This document shows, in pieces, positions 16,118 to 25,261 of a DNA stretch of 64,000 nucleotides. The notes beneath the pieces are model-generated. The model saw nothing but the letters and a program-made list of their open reading frames with translations, searched no databases and was not told the DNA's origin. Every line of letters starts with the position of its first letter. Position 1 is the first letter of the stretch. The stretch is from Escherichia phage vB_Eco_F26, in sequence record OP870145.1. One strand, given 5' to 3'. Both the position numbers and the translations under genes were made by a program.

Positions 16118-17533
16118 TTATGGATAGGTATAGATGATACCAGTTTCTAAAGCAGTTTTATGAATGATGTATCCATTACGCGATTCTTGGACATCAACTT
16201 CTGGATAGTCTTTAATCATCTTCTGAAGAGTGTAACGATGCAGGTAGTATTTACTATCTGGGTCGTCAGTTTTCCAATCTTTACCTTCTTCGGTCATTTT
16301 TTGGATTTCATCCATAACCCACCAACCGCACCAGATATAAGCTGAAGTACGATGTGGAAGAGGATGAACATAAGGTAGTTCACCTTCTGGTTCAATTGGA
16401 GTCCGTTCAGCAATAACAACTTCAGCTGTTGAACTAATTGTCTTTGAAGTGTAATTATCTTTAGTTAATACTGCTTCAACTTTAATTGTATGAGTACCCG
16501 CTGAGGAGGTATCAATACTATAAGTATTAGTAGAATTACTTTCTGCTACGTTGTCTTTCTTCCAAGAGTACACAATATTAGTATCACCAGGAGCACCAGT
16601 AACAGATGCTGTTAAAGTTGCAGTTCCACCAACAGTAGTATTAACTGATGGCGGAGATAAAGAAATGGTGGCACTATTAAATGTCGCATTATTAGTTACT
16701 ACTGTTGCTTCTGCTGAAATTTCTTTTGTAACATAATTTGTTGCAGAAACAGATGCGGTGCATTTAAGAGTTTTACTTCCGACTTCGGTCGGAGTGAATT
16801 TATACGTAGCAGAAGTTGCATCCGGAATATTACTGTCATCCATTGACCATTGGAATGTTATAGTAGCACCTGAAGGTGCACTAGAGACATTTGCAGTTAA
16901 AGTAATAGGAACACCAAAGACTGTAGTCGGAGACTCGGGTGTAATTTTTAGCGTCGAAGAATTAGCCTTTTTATTTACAGTCAAAGAAACCGCTGATGAT
17001 TCTACTGTTTTATCAACGTAATCAGTTGCAGTCACTGTGACAGAGCAAGTTATAGACTTAGTTCCTTCAGTTGTTGGTGTATATTCAAAGGTTGATTGCT
17101 TTTGACCGTCAACATCGACCCCGTCAACTTTCCATGTATAATCAATAGCAGCACCAATAGGTTGATTGCTTACATTAGCAGTGAATGTTGTTGCTGTTCC
17201 AATTTCTACTGCCGCAGGAGAAGCCGGAGTAACAGTGATAGTGGAATTATTTTCTTTCTTATTAACAGTGATAGTTGTTGATGCTTCAGCTATTTCCGGA
17301 TCTCCTGCGGAAAGTGTATTAGTTGCAACCACTTTAATTTTTTTTGTTCCTGCTGGAGAAGCAAGAGTATAATCCATTGTAGCAGCCGTAGAGCCCTGTG
17401 TTATATCATCTACAGTCCAGACGTATGTAATAGTACCGTCTGGGGTTTCACCTGCAGGTGTAGCAGTGAATGTTTGTGAACCTCCAATAACCCCTGTAGG
17501 AGTTAGAGGAGATAACGTGACAGTGAATGCCAT
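16118..17533 (-). CDS. hoc: highly immunogenic outer capsid protein Hoc with four Ig-like repeats
   Basis: 471 aa; four ~90-aa Thr/Ser-rich Ig-like modules then a distinct C-terminal domain (YVHPLP...WCGWWVMDE); position between 24.3 and inh. Confidence 0.8.
   Translation of the reverse strand: MAFTVTLSPLTPTGVIGGSQTFTATPAGETPDGTITYVWTVDDITQGSTAATMDYTLASPAGTKKIKVVATNTLSAGDPEIAEASTTITVNKKENNSTITVTPASPAAVEIGTATTFTANVSNQPIGAAIDYTWKVDGVDVDGQKQSTFEYTPTTEGTKSITCSVTVTATDYVDKTVESSAVSLTVNKKANSSTLKITPESPTTVFGVPITLTANVSSAPSGATITFQWSMDDSNIPDATSATYKFTPTEVGSKTLKCTASVSATNYVTKEISAEATVVTNNATFNSATISLSPPSVNTTVGGTATLTASVTGAPGDTNIVYSWKKDNVAESNSTNTYSIDTSSAGTHTIKVEAVLTKDNYTSKTISSTAEVVIAERTPIEPEGELPYVHPLPHRTSAYIWCGWWVMDEIQKMTEEGKDWKTDDPDSKYYLHRYTLQKMIKDYPEVDVQESRNGYIIHKTALETGIIYTYP
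16400..17500 (-). repeat. tandem Ig-like domain-coding repeats within hoc (four units, approximate extent)
   Basis: Recurring ~90-aa protein modules (...TFTA.../...YTWKVDG.../...ITFQWSMDD.../...IVYSWKKDN...). Confidence 0.6.
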
Positions 17534-17542
17534 AAGTTATCC

Positions 17543-18223
17543 TTATTTTAATGTTATGAAAGAAGAATTACGAGTTTCGCGAATTAGAACTGATCCATCG
17601 CGATTAATATAATAAATTAAGCTAAATAATGTTTGGTGTGCTGACGCATGTTCAAAACTAGTTGGGTGAGATTTCCAATCCGGAGTTTCAGCAATCCATT
17701 GATAAATCCACCAAGGAACAGTGCAGAATCCTGGATTTTTTCCAATCAGTTGAAGATTCGGACTAAAGTTTTCCGGAAGAGTAAATACAGACGGCTTTTC
17801 AGATTCAATAATCTCAGCTACAGCTTGTTCAAACTTTTCTTCAACAAACGGAGTGTCTTCAATCAAAACTGAGGTATTTTCAGGAATTTTATCCGTTTCT
17901 ACTACTTCAATTTTAATGTCAGATTTAACCGGAGAATCAATCAAAAGTGCTGCTTCTGGATTGACTTCTTCATCGTCATATTTTAATCCCTCTGCGGCAT
18001 CAGCAGCATCAATTAAGTCTTTAATAGATAACCCATCAGTCTCCGGCATAGGTTCACTAGCGAGCTTCTGGAGGGCTTCTTCAATATCAACAACGATATT
18101 ATCAAAAGATTTATTCTTTTTGACTTTTATACCAAACTGTTCAGCATATTCAGCTAATTTAGCTTTAGCTTCTTTATTATCATCAAGAGCCTTCAGCTCT
18201 GCAATATAATCTTTATCTATCAT
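17543..18223 (-). CDS. inh: inhibitor of prohead protease Inh
   Basis: 226 aa as T4 Inh; synteny. Confidence 0.7.
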   Translation of the reverse strand: MIDKDYIAELKALDDNKEAKAKLAEYAEQFGIKVKKNKSFDNIVVDIEEALQKLASEPMPETDGLSIKDLIDAADAAEGLKYDDEEVNPEAALLIDSPVKSDIKIEVVETDKIPENTSVLIEDTPFVEEKFEQAVAEIIESEKPSVFTLPENFSPNLQLIGKNPGFCTVPWWIYQWIAETPDWKSHPTSFEHASAHQTLFSLIYYINRDGSVLIRETRNSSFITLK

Positions 18224-18236
18224 AATATTTCCTCAG

Positions 18237-18244
18237 TATAAATA
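18237..18244 (+). promoter_or_regulatory. late promoter (TATAAATA) for uvsW
   Basis: Exact TATAAATA ~30 nt upstream of uvsW ATG. Confidence 0.65.
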
Positions 18245-18273
18245 TAGATATATTTATTACATGGTATTTAGAC

Positions 18274-19785
18274 ATGACTGACATTAAAGTACATTTTTAT
18301 GATTTTAGTCACGTGAGAATTGATTGTGAAGAAAGCACATTTCATGAACTCCGTGATTTCTTTAGCTTTGAAGCTGATGGGTATCGTTTTAACCCTCGCT
18401 TCAGATATGGCAACTGGGATGGACGAATCCGTCTTTTAGATTATAATCGTCTTCTTCCATTCGGTTTAGTCGGGCAAATTAAAAAGTTCTGTGATAACTT
18501 TGGCTATAAAGCCTGGATTGACCCACAGATTAACGAAAAAGAAGAATTATCAAGAAAAGATTTTGATGAATGGCTTTCTAAATTAGAAATCTATTCAGGA
18601 AATAAAAGAATTGAACCACACTGGTATCAAAAAGATGCAGTGTTCGAAGGATTAGTTAATCGTCGTAGAATTCTTAATCTTCCAACATCTGCAGGTAAAT
18701 CGTTAATTCAAGCTCTGCTTGCTCGGTATTATTTGGAAAATTATGAAGGTAAAATTCTTATCATTGTTCCAACAACTGCTCTAACAACTCAGATGGCTGA
18801 TGACTTCGTTGACTATCGTTTATTCAGTCATGCAATGATAAAGAAAATTGGTGGCGGAGCATCAAAAGATGATAAATATAAAAATGATGCACCAGTCGTT
18901 GTTGGTACATGGCAAACTGTAGTAAAACAACCGAAAGAATGGTTCTCACAGTTTGGAATGATGATGAATGATGAATGCCATCTTGCTACAGGAAAAAGTA
19001 TTTCATCTATCATATCAGGTTTAAATAACTGCATGTTTAAATTTGGTCTATCAGGTTCATTACGTGACGGCAAAGCCAATATCATGCAGTATGTTGGAAT
19101 GTTTGGTGAAATATTTAAGCCAGTAACGACCTCTAAATTAATGGAAGATGGACAAGTAACTGAGTTAAAAATTAATAGTATTTTTCTTCGCTATCCCGAT
19201 GAGTTCACTACTAAATTAAAGGGAAAAACTTACCAAGAAGAAATAAAAATTATTACTGGGCTCAGTAAAAGAAATAAATGGATCGCTAAATTAGCTATTA
19301 AGCTTGCACAAAAAGATGAAAACGCTTTTGTCATGTTTAAACATGTATCGCATGGTAAAGCTATTTTCGATTTAATTAAAAATGAATACGATAAAGTTTA
19401 TTACGTATCAGGGGAAGTTGATACCGAAACCCGCAACGTAATGAAAACCTTAGCTGAAAATGGTAAAGGAATAATTATAGTAGCTAGTTATGGTGTATTT
19501 TCTACTGGTATTTCAGTTAAAAATCTGCATCATGTTGTTTTAGCGCACGGCGTTAAATCAAAAATCATTGTATTACAAACAATCGGTCGTGTATTACGTA
19601 AGCATGGTTCTAAGACAATCGCAACTGTCTGGGACCTCATAGATGACGCGGGCGTGGTTTCTAAATCAAAAACATCTTCTAAAAAATACTCGCATTTAAA
19701 CTATCTTTTAAAACATGGACTTGATCGTATTCAGCGTTATGCTGATGAAAAGTTTAATTATGTGATGAAAGAGGTTAAACTTTGA
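18274..19785 (+). CDS. uvsW: UvsW DNA/RNA helicase (SF2)
   Basis: 503 aa; helicase motifs PTSAGKS and DECH; late promoter upstream. Confidence 0.85.
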   Translation: MTDIKVHFYDFSHVRIDCEESTFHELRDFFSFEADGYRFNPRFRYGNWDGRIRLLDYNRLLPFGLVGQIKKFCDNFGYKAWIDPQINEKEELSRKDFDEWLSKLEIYSGNKRIEPHWYQKDAVFEGLVNRRRILNLPTSAGKSLIQALLARYYLENYEGKILIIVPTTALTTQMADDFVDYRLFSHAMIKKIGGGASKDDKYKNDAPVVVGTWQTVVKQPKEWFSQFGMMMNDECHLATGKSISSIISGLNNCMFKFGLSGSLRDGKANIMQYVGMFGEIFKPVTTSKLMEDGQVTELKINSIFLRYPDEFTTKLKGKTYQEEIKIITGLSKRNKWIAKLAIKLAQKDENAFVMFKHVSHGKAIFDLIKNEYDKVYYVSGEVDTETRNVMKTLAENGKGIIIVASYGVFSTGISVKNLHHVVLAHGVKSKIIVLQTIGRVLRKHGSKTIATVWDLIDDAGVVSKSKTSSKKYSHLNYLLKHGLDRIQRYADEKFNYVMKEVKL

Positions 19786-20474
19786 ATTATAAATTAATAT
19801 ATGATAATTTAATTAATAGAGCCCAGAATCGGGCTCGCCTTAATGGATACACTGAAACACATCATATAATTCCTAGATGTATGGGTGGTACAAATGATAA
19901 GTGTAATTTAGTAGAACTAACGGCTGAAGAACATTTTATAGCCCATAAACTTTTAGCTAAAATTCATCCAAATCATTACGGTATAATTAAAGCCGTTATA
20001 TGTATGGGAATGAACTCAAAGACTCATGAAAGACACGTTAATAAATCTTACGCGTGGGAACGTCGTAAAATGGCAGAACTTCAATCCGGCGAAGGTAATC
20101 CATTTTACGGAAAACACCATACGGAAGAACATAAACAATATATGTCAAAACTCATGAAAAGTCGTCCAATTACATGGGGAAATAAAATTAGTAAAACTAA
20201 AAGAATGAACCCAACGAAATGGACTGAAGAAGCTAAAAGATTACATTCAATCAATCAATCGGGTAAAAATAACGGCATGTATGGAAGGAAACATTCCGCT
20301 AAATCTATTCAGAAAATTAAAGATAACATGCCAGATAATTCAGGAGCTAATAACCCAGCTGCTAAACCTATAGAAGTAAATGGTGTTAAATATAAATGTA
20401 TGAAAGATGCTTCTAAAGCTACTGGATTATCAATGTACAAACTAAGAATACTTAGAAAAACAGTTAATTTATAA
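19782..20474 (+). CDS. free-standing HNH homing endonuclease (Mob-like)
   Basis: TTG start overlapping uvsW stop (TTGA) with AGAGG SD; motif YTETHHIIPRCMGG..N..EHFIAH; paralog of ORFs 371..1183 and 47929..48639. Confidence 0.8.
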   Translation: MNYKLIYDNLINRAQNRARLNGYTETHHIIPRCMGGTNDKCNLVELTAEEHFIAHKLLAKIHPNHYGIIKAVICMGMNSKTHERHVNKSYAWERRKMAELQSGEGNPFYGKHHTEEHKQYMSKLMKSRPITWGNKISKTKRMNPTKWTEEAKRLHSINQSGKNNGMYGRKHSAKSIQKIKDNMPDNSGANNPAAKPIEVNGVKYKCMKDASKATGLSMYKLRILRKTVNL

Positions 20475-20499
20475 GGGCTTCGGCCCTTTGGAGAAAAAG

Positions 20500-20730
20500 A
20501 TGTTACTAGGATTTAAACAATTTCTTTATGAAGCTTCTATTGATGAATTTATGGGTAAAATTGCCTCTTGTCAAACATTAGAAGGTTTAGAAGAACTTGA
20601 AGCTTATTATAAGAAAAGAGTCAAAGAAACTGAATTAAAAGATACTGATGACATCTCTGTAAGAGATGCTTTGGCAGGAAAAAGAGCTGAATTAGAAGAT
20701 TCAGACGATGAAGTAGAAGAAAGCTTTTAA
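20500..20730 (+). CDS. uvsW.1: UvsW.1
   Basis: 76 aa from ATG 20500 with GGAG SD; acidic C-terminus; T4 UvsW.1 length. Confidence 0.7.
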   Translation: MLLGFKQFLYEASIDEFMGKIASCQTLEGLEELEAYYKKRVKETELKDTDDISVRDALAGKRAELEDSDDEVEESF

Positions 20731-20760
20731 ATTAAAAAAGGCCCAACCAAAAAGGAAGGG
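20730..20760. terminator. hairpin between convergent uvsW.1 and uvsY.-2
   Basis: GGCCC...13-nt loop...GGGCC with flanking A-runs. Confidence 0.4.
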
Positions 20761-20785
20761 CCAAAACTATAGACTAAAGGTCACA

Positions 20786-20953
20786 CTATAGCAAAAGTTG
20801 TGTTTCATTTAATTGTTCTTCCGAACTTTCTGAAACTGGTAGTTCTTTAATGTAATTATAGCAAGGCCCAGGATGTACAGGACCTTTGTCTGTTTCAACA
20901 ACCAATGCAGAATCGATTGGAGTTTTACAGACAACACAAATCTTATCTGACAT
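20786..20953 (-). CDS. small Cys-rich protein (uvsY.-2-like)
   Basis: CxxC...C motif; start placed at internal Met MSDKICVVCK. Confidence 0.45.
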   Translation of the reverse strand: MSDKICVVCKTPIDSALVVETDKGPVHPGPCYNYIKELPVSESSEEQLNETQLLL

Positions 20954-21076
20954 GATTGTCTCCTTTTGAATATAGTAATATTTATAAACCCATTTTAATC
21001 CGCATTTCTTGTACACGGATTAAGCAGGCTTCCATCTCTGCTAATAGTCGAAATACTTCTTTATAATCTGTCATAT

Positions 21077-21304
21077 TTACCCCATATCTCTCATATGCAT
21101 ATCAATGCCCATATCTTTAGAATAAAAATATTCATCAAGATATCCGGCAAATTTTCCTTTAATATAAAGGACATCTTCACCACATGGGTGGTCGGCCAGG
21201 ATACGAATATCCTGACGCTTAAGATTATGCTTTTTCATTAAGAATTGAATTTCCGTTTCAAATTCTTCTTCATAATTAAAAGCATCATCAATGTTATATC
21301 TCAT
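21077..21304 (-). CDS. hypothetical protein (uvsY.-1-like)
   Basis: 75 aa ORF immediately downstream of uvsY. Confidence 0.5.
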   Translation of the reverse strand: MRYNIDDAFNYEEEFETEIQFLMKKHNLKRQDIRILADHPCGEDVLYIKGKFAGYLDEYFYSKDMGIDMHMRDMG

Positions 21305-21717
21305 TATTTTCCAGCCTCAAATGCTCGCATGTCTTGAATATGCTTAATAGCAAATCCACGCGATTTAATAGCATCAAGAGCTCCGCTACAGAAATCTAAT
21401 AAAATTCCCCAATATTGTAATGAAGTATCAACCTTTAAAACATCCTTATCAGCTGATAGAACTGTTTTCATTTCTGATTTCTCGTAACGATCCATACTAA
21501 ATTCATCACCATCTCCTCGTCCCGAGTAGTAGTCTAATTTAGCTTTAAGAGCAACTTTTTTCTGTGCATCAATTCTAAGCATTTCCTTTTTAATACTTGA
21601 ATGCTTATTGAGCCATTTACTATATAACATCACATTATTAGCTGCTTCATACTGTAATTTAGTCGAATCTATAAACACATCTTTCTTCAATTCTTCTTGA
21701 AGATCTTCTAATCTCAT
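21304..21717 (-). CDS. uvsY: recombination mediator UvsY
   Basis: 137 aa, exactly T4 UvsY length; synteny. Confidence 0.85.
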   Translation of the reverse strand: MRLEDLQEELKKDVFIDSTKLQYEAANNVMLYSKWLNKHSSIKKEMLRIDAQKKVALKAKLDYYSGRGDGDEFSMDRYEKSEMKTVLSADKDVLKVDTSLQYWGILLDFCSGALDAIKSRGFAIKHIQDMRAFEAGK

Positions 21718-21783
21718 ATTGTTCTCTATTCAATTGTTATTGGATGGACTTAGATTCATTATACCACGTTTTAACGTGAAGCA

Positions 21784-22182
21784 TTATACTCTATTACTGG
21801 AAGCCAGCTGCAGTTTTATCTGCTCAATATCATCAGGGTTATCGATGACCGAAAAGCGTATTTCTACTATCAGAGTATAATCATCATAAACTGGTATCAC
21901 ATTAACTGATAATTTATCAATACGTGGCTCATAGTTTCTTACTGCGCTTTCAATATTGCGCTCAACTGTGTCAGCAGTAAGAGGAGTCATATTTTCAAAA
22001 AGCTGGTCTGATAAATCACATCCAAATTCAGGGTCAAACGGTCTTGAACCTTTTCTTGTTGTAATAATTCCCAAAAGACTGTTTTTAATTGACCTTAATC
22101 CAAGTGATCTGGAAACATCTTTGTTCCAATCCATTTTCATTTCCGGGTCAATATCAGAATAAAGCTTATTAATATTTGCCAT
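21784..22182 (-). CDS. 25: baseplate wedge protein gp25
   Basis: 132 aa as T4 gp25; synteny. Confidence 0.85.
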   Translation of the reverse strand: MANINKLYSDIDPEMKMDWNKDVSRSLGLRSIKNSLLGIITTRKGSRPFDPEFGCDLSDQLFENMTPLTADTVERNIESAVRNYEPRIDKLSVNVIPVYDDYTLIVEIRFSVIDNPDDIEQIKLQLASSNRV

Positions 22183-22808
22183 TATAGTAACTCAAAGAAC
22201 TCTTTGAGGCCTCTTATTACGTGAGCATGGGTTTTTCCACACTCTGGACACTTAATTGGAACAGCCAAATAAACGGTAGGTTTTAAAAGCATATCTTTTA
22301 TAGCTACAATATCTGACTCTGTGATGATAGAATATAAATCTTCTAGTTCCTTTTCATTTAAGTCTTCAACTGGAATGCTTTCCCCGTTAGCATGAATCGT
22401 TTCTATACATGATACTATCATGTGGGCTATATTTTTATCATCAAAAATTTTAGGGTAATGGAATTTAATTTTAATGTCACCCAGTGTATACCAGAGGTCT
22501 TCTGGTGCATCTATTTGTGTATGTAATAGATTTATATGGGTTGGTATTTCAGTTCCACAGGTGCACTTCCAGGAGTTTTCGTGATTAACTTCACCAAGAG
22601 AATGTGCCCATAAATGAATCAACAATAGTTCTGATTCTTGGCGGTTTAAATCTTTTGCATTTGTGCAGTCTTTGATTAGCTTTTTAACAATTACTTCTAC
22701 AGAACCATTATTTTTGGCAGTAATAAGTTCTAGATATTCTTTAAGCGTGAATGCGCGACAATTGATTATTTTAGAACCAACTCTCACATCAAATTTGTAT
22801 TCATACAT
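22182..22808 (-). CDS. 26: baseplate hub protein gp26
   Basis: 208 aa as T4 gp26; synteny. Confidence 0.8.
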   Translation of the reverse strand: MYEYKFDVRVGSKIINCRAFTLKEYLELITAKNNGSVEVIVKKLIKDCTNAKDLNRQESELLLIHLWAHSLGEVNHENSWKCTCGTEIPTHINLLHTQIDAPEDLWYTLGDIKIKFHYPKIFDDKNIAHMIVSCIETIHANGESIPVEDLNEKELEDLYSIITESDIVAIKDMLLKPTVYLAVPIKCPECGKTHAHVIRGLKEFFELL

Positions 22809-22829
22809 ATTTAGCTCCTTTATTTATCA

Positions 22830-22837
22830 TATTTATA
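22830..22837 (-). promoter_or_regulatory. late promoter (TATAAATA on - strand) for gene 26/25
   Basis: TATTTATA on + strand ~22 nt upstream of gene 26 start. Confidence 0.6.
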
Positions 22838-22841
22838 AATA
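22834..22841 (+). promoter_or_regulatory. late promoter (TATAAATA) for gene 51
   Basis: Exact TATAAATA 18 nt upstream of gene 51 ATG; overlaps the divergent - strand late promoter. Confidence 0.65.
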
Positions 22842-22858
22842 GAATAAAAGGAGCATCT

Positions 22859-23608
22859 ATGGCAAACATTATTCGTTGTAAATTACCAGATGGTGTTCAT
22901 CGTTTTAAACCATTTACGGTAGAAGATTATCGAGATTTTTTGTTAGTTCGAAACGATATAGAACATCGGTCACCACAAGAACAAAAAGAAATAATTACTG
23001 ATTTAATTGATGATTATTTTGGAGACTATCCGAAGACTTGGCAACCATTTATATTTTTGCAGGTATTTGTAGGGTCAATAGGTAAAACAAAAGTACCAGT
23101 CACATTCGTATGTCCAAAATGTAAAAAAGAAAAGACAGTTCCATTTGAAATATATCAAAAAGAATTAAAGGAACCTGTTTTTGATGTAGCTAATGTTAAA
23201 ATTAAATTAAAGTTTCCTTCTGAGTTTTATGAAAATAAAGCAAAGATGATTACTGAAAATATTCATTCTGTTCAAGTAGATGAAATATGGTATGATTGGA
23301 AGGAAATTAGCGAATCAAGTCAAATAGAACTTGTTGATGCCATCGAGATAGAAACATTAGAAAAAATTCTCGATGCAATGAATCCTATTAATTTAACTCT
23401 ACATATGTCATGCTGTAATAAGTACATTAAAAAATACACTGATATAGTAGACGTGTTTAAGCTATTAGTTAACCCAGATGAAATATTTACTTTTTATCAA
23501 ATTAATCACACACTCGTAAAAAGTAATTATAGCTTAAATTCAATAATGAAAATGATTCCTGCTGAGCGCGGATTCGTATTAAAACTGATTGAGAAGGATA
23601 AACAATAA
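22859..23608 (+). CDS. 51: baseplate hub assembly catalyst gp51
   Basis: 249 aa as T4 gp51; divergent from gene 26. Confidence 0.8.
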   Translation: MANIIRCKLPDGVHRFKPFTVEDYRDFLLVRNDIEHRSPQEQKEIITDLIDDYFGDYPKTWQPFIFLQVFVGSIGKTKVPVTFVCPKCKKEKTVPFEIYQKELKEPVFDVANVKIKLKFPSEFYENKAKMITENIHSVQVDEIWYDWKEISESSQIELVDAIEIETLEKILDAMNPINLTLHMSCCNKYIKKYTDIVDVFKLLVNPDEIFTFYQINHTLVKSNYSLNSIMKMIPAERGFVLKLIEKDKQ

Positions 23609-24783
23609 TGAGTATGTTGCAACGCCCAGGATATCCAAATCTCAGCGTTAAATTATTTGATAGCTACGACGCTTGGAGTAATAATAGATTTGTTGAATTA
23701 GCTGCTACTATTACAACATTAACTATGCGGGATTCTCTTTATGGCCGAAATGAAGGAATGCTGCAGTTTTATGATTCTAAAAACATCCATACAAAAATGG
23801 ATGGAAATGAAATAATTCAGATTTCTGTAGCTAATGCAAATGATATTAATAATGTTAAAACACGAATTTATGGATGTAAGCATTTTTCCGTGTCAGTAGA
23901 TTCAAAAGGTGATAACATCATTGCTATTGAATTGGGAACTATTCATTCTATAGAAAATCTTAAATTTGGTAGACCATTTTTCCCTGATGCAGGTGAATCT
24001 ATAAAAGAAATGCTTGGCGTCATTTATCAAGACCGTACATTATTAACTCCAGCGATAAATGCTATAAATGCTTATGTTCCTGATATTCCATGGACTAGCA
24101 CATTTGAAAACTATTTGTCATATGTAAGAGAAGTTGCTCTAGCTGTAGGAAGCGACAAATTTGTATTTGTGTGGCAAGACATCATGGGAGTTAACATGAT
24201 GGACTATGATATGATGATAAATCAAGAACCATATCCAATGATTGTCGGTGAGCCATCTTTAATAGGTCAATTCATCCAAGAATTAAAATATCCATTAGCA
24301 TATGATTTCGTTTGGTTGACTAAATCGAATCCTCATAAACGCGACCCAATGAAAAACGCTACTATCTATGCTCATTCATTTTTAGATTCTTCATTGCCAA
24401 TGATTACTACAGGAAAGGGAGAAAACTCTATTGTAGTGTCAAGGTCAGGTGCTTATTCTGAAATGACTTATAGGAATGGATATGAAGAAGCTATTCGTCT
24501 TCAAACTATGGCACAATATGACGGCTATGCTAAATGTTCTACTGTCGGTAATTTTAACTTGACTCCTGGTGTTAAAATTATATTTAATGATAGTAAAAAC
24601 CAATTTAAAACAGAATTTTACGTTGATGAAGTTATCCATGAATTATCCAATAATAATTCAGTAACTCATCTATATATGTTCACTAATGCAACGAAACTGG
24701 AAACAATAGACCCAGTTAAGGTTAAAAATGAATTTAAATCTGATACTACCACTGAAGAAAGTAGTTCTTCCAATAAGCAATAA
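23608..24783 (+). CDS. 27: baseplate hub protein gp27
   Basis: 391 aa as T4 gp27. Confidence 0.85.
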   Translation: MSMLQRPGYPNLSVKLFDSYDAWSNNRFVELAATITTLTMRDSLYGRNEGMLQFYDSKNIHTKMDGNEIIQISVANANDINNVKTRIYGCKHFSVSVDSKGDNIIAIELGTIHSIENLKFGRPFFPDAGESIKEMLGVIYQDRTLLTPAINAINAYVPDIPWTSTFENYLSYVREVALAVGSDKFVFVWQDIMGVNMMDYDMMINQEPYPMIVGEPSLIGQFIQELKYPLAYDFVWLTKSNPHKRDPMKNATIYAHSFLDSSLPMITTGKGENSIVVSRSGAYSEMTYRNGYEEAIRLQTMAQYDGYAKCSTVGNFNLTPGVKIIFNDSKNQFKTEFYVDEVIHELSNNNSVTHLYMFTNATKLETIDPVKVKNEFKSDTTTEESSSSNKQ

Positions 24784-25261
24784 AGAAGTTTCTATTCCTA
24801 AAATGGGTCTTAAACATTATAACATTTTAAAGGATGTTAAAGGTCCTGATGAAAATTTAAAACTTCTTATTGATTCTATTTGTCCGAATTTATCACCGGC
24901 AGAAGTTGATTTCGTTTCTATTCATTTATTAGAATTTAATGGAAAGATTAAATCTCGTAAAGAAATAGATGGCTATACTTATGACATTAATGATGTCTAT
25001 GTATGCCAAAGATTAGAATTTCAATACCAAGGAAATACATTTTATTTTAGACCTCCTGGAAAATTTGAACAATTTTTAACGGTGAGCGATATGTTATCTA
25101 AATGCTTGCTTAAGGTCAATGATGAAGTTAAAGAAATTAATTTTCTTGAGATGCCAGCATTCGTTTTAAAATGGGCAAATGATATTTTTACAACTTTAGC
25201 AATTCCTGGCCCTAATGGTCCAATAACTGGAATTGGCAATATTATTGGATTATTTGAATGA
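24728..25261 (+). CDS. 28: baseplate hub distal protein gp28
   Basis: 177 aa as T4 gp28; overlaps gene 27 end. Confidence 0.7.
   Translation: MNLNLILPLKKVVLPISNKEVSIPKMGLKHYNILKDVKGPDENLKLLIDSICPNLSPAEVDFVSIHLLEFNGKIKSRKEIDGYTYDINDVYVCQRLEFQYQGNTFYFRPPGKFEQFLTVSDMLSKCLLKVNDEVKEINFLEMPAFVLKWANDIFTTLAIPGPNGPITGIGNIIGLFE

Noticed and set aside
16160-17372. Several 60-90-aa + strand ORFs (16160..16345, 16551..16736, 16758..17021, 17096..17281, 17166..17372)
   Set aside because: All are antisense to hoc and reflect its repetitive Thr/Ser codon content; no SD or promoter context
20474-20488. Hairpin AAGGGC-TTCG-GCCCTT after the HNH gene as a transcription terminator
   Set aside because: Not followed by a T-run and immediately precedes the uvsW.1 SD; more likely an RNA-stability or processing structure than an efficient terminator
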